Source: Acidobacteriota bacterium
GTDB lineage: Bacteria > Acidobacteriota > UBA890 > WLXD01
Reading direction: 5' to 3'
Assembly (NCBI GenBank): GCA_963666215.2
Contig: CAXWPL010000004.1
Location: 192,001 to 256,000, forward strand
Length of the DNA stretch: 64,000 nt
Position numbers and translations under genes: made by a program. Shown here piece after piece: positions 55,095 through 64,000 of the stretch. The notes under the pieces were generated by a model. The model ran no database searches and was not told where the DNA came from. It was given only the letters and a program-made list of their open reading frames with translations. The first letter of the stretch is position 1. The number at the start of each line of letters is the position of its first letter.

Positions 55095-55637
55095 GTGCGG
55101 ATCGATGAGATAGCCCCGCGATCGGGTCCGGAAATCGAGACGGAGCGTCTGCTCCTACGTCAGTGGCACGAGGCCGACTTCTGGCCGTTTGCCACGTTCT
55201 TCGCGGACGCGGAAATGTCGAGCCGGCTCGGCGGCCCTGAGGATCGCCCGAACGCCTGGCGGCGGATGGCGTCGATCATCGGCCACTGGGAGCTCCGCGG
55301 CTACGGGCCCTGGGCGGTCGCAGAGCGCGAAGGCGGCACCTTCGTCGGCAGCGTAGGCCTGTGGTGCCCGGAGGGCTGGCCCGAGCTCGAGCTCGGCTAC
55401 TGGCTCACTCGCGACGGCCAGGGCAACGGCTTCGCCACCGAGGCCGGCCAGGCGTCGATCGACTACGCCTTCCAGACCCTTCGCGCCGAGACGCTGGTCA
55501 GCTACATTGGCCCCGACAACGAGCCCTCCAAGCGCGTCGCCGAAGCGCTTGGCGCCCGCTACGAGAAGATGATCGCGTTGCTCGAGCACGGTCCGCACTG
55601 CGTCTATCGCTACGACAGGCAACCCGCTTCCAGGTGA
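55095..55637 (+). CDS. GNAT acetyltransferase (RimJ/RimL-like)
   Basis: IETERLLLR, LRGYGPWAV, ELGYWL...QGNGFATE, N.PSKRVAE.LG. Confidence 0.85.
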   Translation: MRIDEIAPRSGPEIETERLLLRQWHEADFWPFATFFADAEMSSRLGGPEDRPNAWRRMASIIGHWELRGYGPWAVAEREGGTFVGSVGLWCPEGWPELELGYWLTRDGQGNGFATEAGQASIDYAFQTLRAETLVSYIGPDNEPSKRVAEALGARYEKMIALLEHGPHCVYRYDRQPASR

Positions 55638-56164
55638 AGCGCTGAGCTGAGGCTCCATGCATGAGCGGGGTGCCGCATCGCGCTCGCCGCCGTCCTCCTT
55701 CAGCAACATCAGCGTCTCGGCCATCATGATCGGTCTCGCCATCGTCACCCTGGTCTTCATCCGCTGGTGAGTTCTTCCCGACGAAGAAGCCCACCTCGTC
55801 GAGACCTTCGGAAACGAATACCGGGGTTACCAATCGGCGACCGGCGCTCTGCTCCCCAGACTCCTCGGCTAACATCGGCCGCTTGGGCGTGAGTTCCAAG
55901 GAGGCTGTCCACGAACTCCCTTCTTGGACTCGAGTCATCGATGTTGTCATGCCGATGACGGCGGGGGGCGAGGGTCAGCGGGCACACTCGGCGTTCGAGA
56001 TCACAACCTCCTCTTGAGAGGCGACTCCTGACGGCAAGATTTCGCTCGAGCTCGAGCAGCGGCTCGTCGGCGGACCGGGAATCCAGTTGCAGGGCGCGTA
56101 TAATCGTGGCCCCGCTCGGGCTGATCTCCGAGGCCCTCACCCGCGCCGCCGGAGGCGTTCTTCT

Positions 56165-56752
56165 TTGCAGCACTGGCGCGAAACCAGCTCGATCTATCAC
56201 CGCGTCCTGGAGCTGCGCGCCAGCGGCGACGAAGCGGCTCGCGCGACGGTGATCCGAATCGAGCGATCCGCCTACCGACGCCCCGGAGCCAAGCTGCTCA
56301 TCGAGGCCGCCGGCTCCCGTTTGGGAAGCGTGAGCGGTGGCTGTCTCGAAGAGGACGTACGGCAAGTTGCCCTGGAGGTGATGGACTCGGGCGCGCCGCG
56401 ACGTCTGCACTACCGCACCGGGGCCGACGACTCCCCACTGTGGGGGCTCGGGCTCGGCTGCGACGGCGAAGTTGACATCTTCGTGCAATCGATCGATCAG
56501 CTCGAACCCGTTCTGGAGAGCGCCTTGGAGCGACTCGCCGGCGACGACCCGTTTCTGTTGGTCACCCAGATCGACGGCGATGGCGCGGGTACCGTGACAG
56601 TGCGAACGCCCGCCGATGTAGCTCGCCGGACTCTTCTGCCACCGACCTCGAGACTCGCAACGAAAGCGCTCGTTTCGCTCGTTTCAGAGAACGGCTGAAC
56701 CCTCCGCCATTCCTGGTGCTGCTCGGAGCCGCCGACGACGCCGTACCGCTCG
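56165..56752 (+). pseudogene. XdhC/CoxI family accessory protein, frameshifted and truncated
   Basis: GGAGG RBS then TTG; SAYRRPGAKL, GSVSGGCLEED, GLGLGCDG; later LVLLGAADDAVPL in another frame, then a break. Confidence 0.75.
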
Positions 56753-56756
56753 TTGA

Positions 56757-56828
56757 ACCAACATCGACATCCCGATCACGCCCGACAAGGTCTGGGCAAT
56801 CCTCAACGATCACGGGATCGCCGAATAG
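56757..56828 (+). pseudogene. C-terminal remnant of a molybdenum hydroxylase (CoxL-like) large subunit
   Basis: TNIDIPITPDKVWAILNDHGIAE* fits the ID.P.TP..VW..L ending of this family; only about 23 codons. Confidence 0.55.
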
Positions 56829-56879
56829 GAGAACGCGCTCGGCGGCGCCAAGCTCGACGTGGCGCCGCCGGCGGGTCGA

Positions 56880-58210
56880 CTAGAGGCAATCGGTAGGGTC
56901 GGTCTGCCTTGAATGAGTCGAAGACTGAATGCTCCGAGGTGTCAAACGAGCCACCAGGCTGGCTGCGGTCATGTCGCCGGTGACGTTGACGAGGGTCTTG
57001 AAGATGTCAGGTATAGCCTCGACCGTTGTGAGCAAGACGATGCCCTCGACCGGGATCCCCACAGCGACGAACGCCGGCAGCGTTGAAAAGGGGATGCCGC
57101 CGCTCGGGATACCAACCGCCCCGAAGCTCAACAGCAGGGCCAGGGCGGCAACCGAGAGGATCTCGACAGGCGTCAGGTCGATGCCGTAGAGCTTGGCCAG
57201 GAAGAGCAGCTCGACCGGGTCGGAGATCGTCCGATGCACCTTGAACGTGCTCGATGAGATGGGCAGCACGAAGCTGCTGACGCCGGCCGGGAGCCTCAGG
57301 CGGTTGTGGGCCGCCTCGAGCAGGGCAGGCAACGCGGCGAGCGAGGAGCGCGTGGTTATCGCGACTGTCTGAGCGGGCACCAACGCCGCCGCGAACTCTG
57401 CGAGCGGCTGCCGCCCGACCCAAGATGCCACCAGATAGAGCAACAACGTAAACGCCAGCAGGACCGCACAGAGCGTGATGGCGAAGTACGCGAGCACGCC
57501 TGCTATCTGCACGCCGAATCGAGCGGTCATCACGAAAGTGAGCGCGAACACCCCCAGCGGAATGAACCGTAGAACCCAGCCCAGGGCTCTCTCGGTGACG
57601 TTCGCGGCGCGCTGGAAGAACTGAACCAACACCTGTCGTCGTGAGGCAGACATGCTCATCAAGCCCACCACGAAGAGAGCAGCAAGAAACAAAAATGGCA
57701 GAACAGCTCGGCTCACCGCCGCTCCCACCGAGTTGAGGAGAGCCAGGAGCACCGGCTGGTCCGTTGCGCCGCTCAACGTGCCGCGTTCGTCGACGCCGGC
57801 CTCGGGTACCACGGCACCGGAGGCGGTGCCGAGCTCGAACGTCAACCCGCTCAGCAGCGTTGGCGTGATCAGGCACGCGAATGACGCCGCCGTCAGCAAC
57901 AGAACAACGAAGACAGCGAACGAAGCGCCACCGAGAACGCCGAGCACGCGCGGACTCGAGGCGGAGCTCAGGCCGACGACCAGTCGAGAGACAACCAGCG
58001 GAACAACCGTCAGCTGCAGGAGCACGATCCACAGAACGCCAAGCGGCTCGACGACGGCCACGGCCAGATCGACCGAGCTGAGGCCACGAGCGCGCGACCG
58101 TCGCCACGGCAAAGCCCGCCAGCAGGGCGACGATCGACGCTGAGGTCAGCGACCACGGCGTCTTGCGCGGCGCGGCCGCTGCCTCGCGGTGGGGGCGGCG
58201 GGCGCTCAGA
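56880..58210 (-). pseudogene. Dicarboxylate/amino acid:cation symporter (DAACS), frameshift near 58090
   Basis: LQLTVVPLV, PLGVFAL, TRSSLAALP, GIPSGG, PDIFKTLVNVTGD; first TM helix lies in a different frame. Start uncertain. Confidence 0.75.
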
Positions 58211-58433
58211 GTTCCGCCGCGACGGATAGCAGTCGGCCGACCAGGCCACACGAGCGGGCCTTCGGGTCAAGAAGAGTCAGGGGCAACGGATCCCCGCAAG
58301 GCTGGTCGTCAGGGTCGGGCGGCATGATGCAGCAGAAGCGAGTGACGTCAAAGGACGCGGCCCCGGGCCGCGGCCCTCTCCGGCTGCTTCGCGCAGCACG
58401 TATGCTGACATGTTCGGGCTCGGAAGAGGCAAC

Positions 58434-58668
58434 TGGGCCTGCCCCGATTTCACGGACACTTCAAGAGGCCAGATAATGGCCTCGGAGGTAACCGATGGGA
58501 AGACGGCGGCATTTCAGTCGAGAGTTCAAGATCGAAGCAGTCCGGATGACCAGGGAGGGCGATCACACGCTCGCCGAAGTGGCACGGGATCTGGGTATCG
58601 GTGCCGGGCTATTGGGTCGGTGGCGAAGGCAGCTCGAGTTCGGATTGGGCGACAGCGGGGCAGCTTAG
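58434..58668 (+). mobile_element. IS3-family remnant: left end plus truncated OrfA (58495-58668)
   Basis: IRL-like TGGGCCTGCCCCGATTTCACGGACAC; GGAGGT RBS; MGRRRHFSREFKIEAVRM...TLAEVARDLGIG..LLGRWRRQ HTH; no OrfB or right end seen. Confidence 0.8.
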
Positions 58669-58669
58669 C

Positions 58670-59254
58670 CCGCATGTGGCTCCCCCCTGGCTGGTCGAGT
58701 TCGTTGATTCATTCAGACCAGAGGCTCGAGCGAAGCTCCGTGCCTCCGGCGGCTGCATGGGCACGTTCGAGGCGGATGGATATCAACCACACGCGAGACC
58801 CACAAGAACCCTACAAGAGGTCGTTCAGGGCGCGCTCGCGGCGATACGTGGTCGAGTGATCGGCGAAGTTGTCGGCTACGGCCGTCGCTTCGGCACGATG
58901 TTGGCCATTGAAATCACCGACCAAGTGTCGCGCTCAGCGGCGTATCCGGCTGCCAGACGGGTCTACGTGGAGTACCCGAACGCGAGACTCGCGCTCGGGG
59001 ATGAGTGCGTGTCTTACCAAAAAGGATCGTGGCCACCGCCACCGAGCGCGGGTGACGAGGTCCTGTTGTTTCCCGCGCGCCCGCCTTCAAGCCTGGTCCC
59101 TCTCGTGGCAGACATCTCGTTCGGAGATGAGCGGGAGTTCATGGTTGTCTCCGGTCCGTTTGTACAGACGTATCGCGACCGTAGGATATCGGGATTGTCT
59201 GACGAACCCAGGATCAATGACATCTGGCGACGTGTTCGTCGACTAGCTCAGTAG
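58670..59254 (+). CDS. Hypothetical protein, probably 5'-truncated
   Basis: Open frame with atypical, lower-GC codon usage directly after the IS3 remnant; no convincing start. Confidence 0.35.
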   Translation, partial: PHVAPPWLVEFVDSFRPEARAKLRASGGCMGTFEADGYQPHARPTRTLQEVVQGALAAIRGRVIGEVVGYGRRFGTMLAIEITDQVSRSAAYPAARRVYVEYPNARLALGDECVSYQKGSWPPPPSAGDEVLLFPARPPSSLVPLVADISFGDEREFMVVSGPFVQTYRDRRISGLSDEPRINDIWRRVRRLAQ

Positions 59255-59318
59255 CGGGGGGCGGGATGAAGATATTCCACGCGTCAGCAGTAGTGCGTCC
59301 AGCGCACGCGGCTATGCC

Positions 59319-59830
59319 GTGATCTCGCAGAGCATGGCCGACGAGTACTGGCCCGGCGAAGACGCGATCGGCAAGCGCTTCCTCGGCTGGCGCGACCCGG
59401 AACGCGTCAAGACGATCATCGGGGTGGTGGGTGACGTGCGCGAGCGCGATCTCGAGAGCGAGGCTCGCCATATGGTCTACATGCCGTTCTACCAGAACCC
59501 CTGGGCGAACATATACGTGCTGATGCGCAGCGAGAGCGATCCCGCCTCGCTGATCACCGCCGTGCGCAATACCGTCCACGACATCGCGCCCGACAAGCCG
59601 GTTTCGAGCGTCCGCCCGCTGCAGTCGCTGCTCGAGGACTCGATGACCGGGCGTCGTTTCTACACCAGGCTGCTGCTCGTGTTCGCGAGCATCGCCCTGG
59701 CGCTGGCAGCGGCCGGCGTGTACGGAGTGATCGCCTACTCGGTGACTCAGCGCACCGCGGAGATCGGGATCCGCATGGCCATGGGTGCGGGTCGAGCGAG
59801 CGTTCTCGGCATGATCGTTCGTCAGGGGTC
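59319..59830 (+). pseudogene. FtsX/MacB-like ABC permease internal fragment
   Basis: ISQSMA..YWPGEDAIGKR, IIGVVGDVR, FASIALALAAAGVYGVIAYSVTQRTAEIGIRMAMGA; both ends missing. Confidence 0.8.
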
Positions 59831-60046
59831 GCCAGGAGTATCGACATGTCCCAGAGGCTCGCAGCATCGCTCCCGTCAGAGCTGCGCCCAGGCCCAGCAG
59901 CAACGACGGCAGCCCCGCGACCACGCTGCCAATCGCCAGCTCGGCGCCGCGTCTGGCGAATACATAAACCGCCAGTCACACAAGGCGGAGGTTCGTGAAG
60001 CGGAGATGGCGTGCACCGATCGCAGCAGCCCCCTCCGGATGCGACA

Positions 60047-60189
60047 TGTGGCATGCTCGCTCGAGTCGTATCCTCTCCCACCCCTTGGCATCCCAGAGCG
60101 ACGACCCGCTGGAGCCCCGATGCAGCCGAGCACACGACTCGCGCAGCGCGAGATCGGTGAAGGCGGTAGGGGCGCGGTGTACCGTGCCC
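60047..60189 (+). repeat. Degenerate copy of the upstream region and first codons of the kinase gene (other copy about 61056-61210)
   Basis: Shared TGTGGCATGCTC, TATCCT, CCGCTGGAG.CCCGATGCAGCC..GCACACGACTCG, GATCGG.GA.GGCGG, GCGGTGTACCG. Confidence 0.75.
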
Positions 60190-60196
60190 CCGAACC

Positions 60197-60991
60197 GTGA
60201 GCGAAATCGGACCGCCTGACCGGACCGCGAGCCGCCCCGATCCCGTGGTCAGCGATGGTGGCCCGGAGGATCTGTTCCGGCAATCGGAGCTCGCGGACCA
60301 GGCGCGCTTCGAAGAGGAGCCGCTCACGCGTCCCGAGTACCTGAACGTGCTGGTGCACTTCTACCGCGCCGAGGTGAACCGCTCGTCGATGTGGCGTCAG
60401 CGTCTCGACGCCACCACCAACTGGGCGGTTCTCACGAGCGCCGGCATGCTGTCGTTTTCCTTCGCCGGCGTCGACCACCCTCACATCCTGCTGCTGCTCA
60501 CGAACCTGATCGTGCTCGCATTCCTCTTCATCGAAGCGCGCCGCTACCGACGCTACGAAGTCTACCAGGCGCGCGTGCGGATGCTCGAGGAGAACGTCCT
60601 GCTGCCCATCATTTCTCGCCGGCTGATCTCACCCAAGCCGCTGTGGCGGACGCAAATCTGCAAAGACCTCAACCACCCGACCTACAAGAGCCGGCTGCTG
60701 CACACCATCGGGTTCCGTCTACGCCGCAACTACCTCACCATCTTCGGCGTCCTGCTCGGCGCCTGGCTGATGAAGCTCGAGCTCCATCCAACGTACGCAC
60801 CGTCGGCGGCGGCCCTGTGGGAACGCATGGCAGTGGGCCAGCTCGTGCCGCCCGCGGTGGTGTTCGGGGTCGGCGTCCTGTTCTATATCGGCCTCGCGGT
60901 GCTCGTCTGGTTGGGACGTAACCTCCATCCTCTCGGGCCCGCCGACGAGGTCGAGGGTTTGGAGCCGGATCTCGGCGACTGGATTGTCTAG
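60197..60991 (+). CDS. DUF2270 family membrane protein
   Basis: HFYRAEV.R...WRQRLDATTNWAV, IEARRYR, RVRMLE, RLRRNY. Confidence 0.85.
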   Translation: MSEIGPPDRTASRPDPVVSDGGPEDLFRQSELADQARFEEEPLTRPEYLNVLVHFYRAEVNRSSMWRQRLDATTNWAVLTSAGMLSFSFAGVDHPHILLLLTNLIVLAFLFIEARRYRRYEVYQARVRMLEENVLLPIISRRLISPKPLWRTQICKDLNHPTYKSRLLHTIGFRLRRNYLTIFGVLLGAWLMKLELHPTYAPSAAALWERMAVGQLVPPAVVFGVGVLFYIGLAVLVWLGRNLHPLGPADEVEGLEPDLGDWIV

Positions 60992-61129
60992 CGAGCCGCG
61001 GAATCGCACGGAGAACCTCGAGGAATCCCGAGGAACCCCGAGGCGGGCACGCATCTGTGGCATGCTCCGCTCGGTTGATATCCTGTCGCGCCGCTGACGC
61101 CCCGCTGCTGCGACACCGCTGGAGGCCCG

Positions 61130-63793
<2,664 letters not shown>

Positions 63794-63840
63794 AAAGAGA
63801 AGGCCTAAGCTGAACCCCACTTTCTCCGAGAGGTGCTGAA

Positions 63841-64000
63841 GTGAAGAGAATCCCTGGCGCACAGGCCCTGGCGTGGAACGGGCGCATCGCGACCCTGCTC
63901 GTGCTCGCCCAGACCGTCGGATGCACAGCCCCCTCGAGCGACGACCCCGCGGCGGCAGACGCCCCGACACCGATCGCGGTCTCTGGGCCGGCCCCCGACC
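63841..64000 (+). CDS. Putative lipoprotein, 3'-partial
   Basis: GAGAGG upstream; GTG start; hydrophobic stretch ending TVGC; frame open to the window edge. Confidence 0.5.
   Translation, partial: MKRIPGAQALAWNGRIATLLVLAQTVGCTAPSSDDPAAADAPTPIAVSGPAPD

Noticed and set aside
55658-55950. Short hydrophobic ORF and possible minus-strand fragment after the GNAT gene
   Set aside because: Too short and without a recognisable family; may be further pseudogene debris.
61010-61043. 10-bp imperfect tandem repeat (CGAGGAAYCC-like) upstream of the kinase
   Set aside because: About three degenerate copies in GC-rich DNA; not enough to support a function.

Overview
High-GC bacterial chromosomal segment. 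Its gene content (DUF1592/DUF1552/ankyrin module, Ser/Thr kinase-PD40 fusion, VPS10/BNR hydrolase, FtsX-like permease fragments) resembles Acidobacteriota or similar lineages; this is inference, not a classification. Intact modules include a DUF1592-DUF1552-ankyrin operon, a moxR-DUF58-batABDE operon, mrp/apbC, a lexA-imuA-imuB-dnaE2 SOS mutagenesis cassette, several hydrolases/peptidases and a complete IS481-family element with terminal inverted repeats and a 6-bp target duplication. Main observations: (1) an identical 21-bp sequence containing the palindrome AACAGAC-ATTT-GTCTGTT lies between putative -35/-10 elements upstream of both lexA and dnaE2, a candidate new SOS box for a LexA with an atypical recognition helix; (2) an AhpD/CMD-like gene is split by an in-frame TGA in a CAY* motif followed by a hairpin, probably a CxxU selenoprotein; (3) a bTHX ribosomal protein gene, an IS3 remnant and a CoxL-like C-terminal remnant are not called in the ORF track; (4) a putative nucleotidyltransferase toxin-antitoxin pair sits at the left edge; (5) many accessory genes are broken by nonsense codons, frameshifts and deletion junctions while long neighbouring genes are intact. 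Family assignments come from motif recognition by eye, with no database search. No rRNA, tRNA or CRISPR array was recognised.
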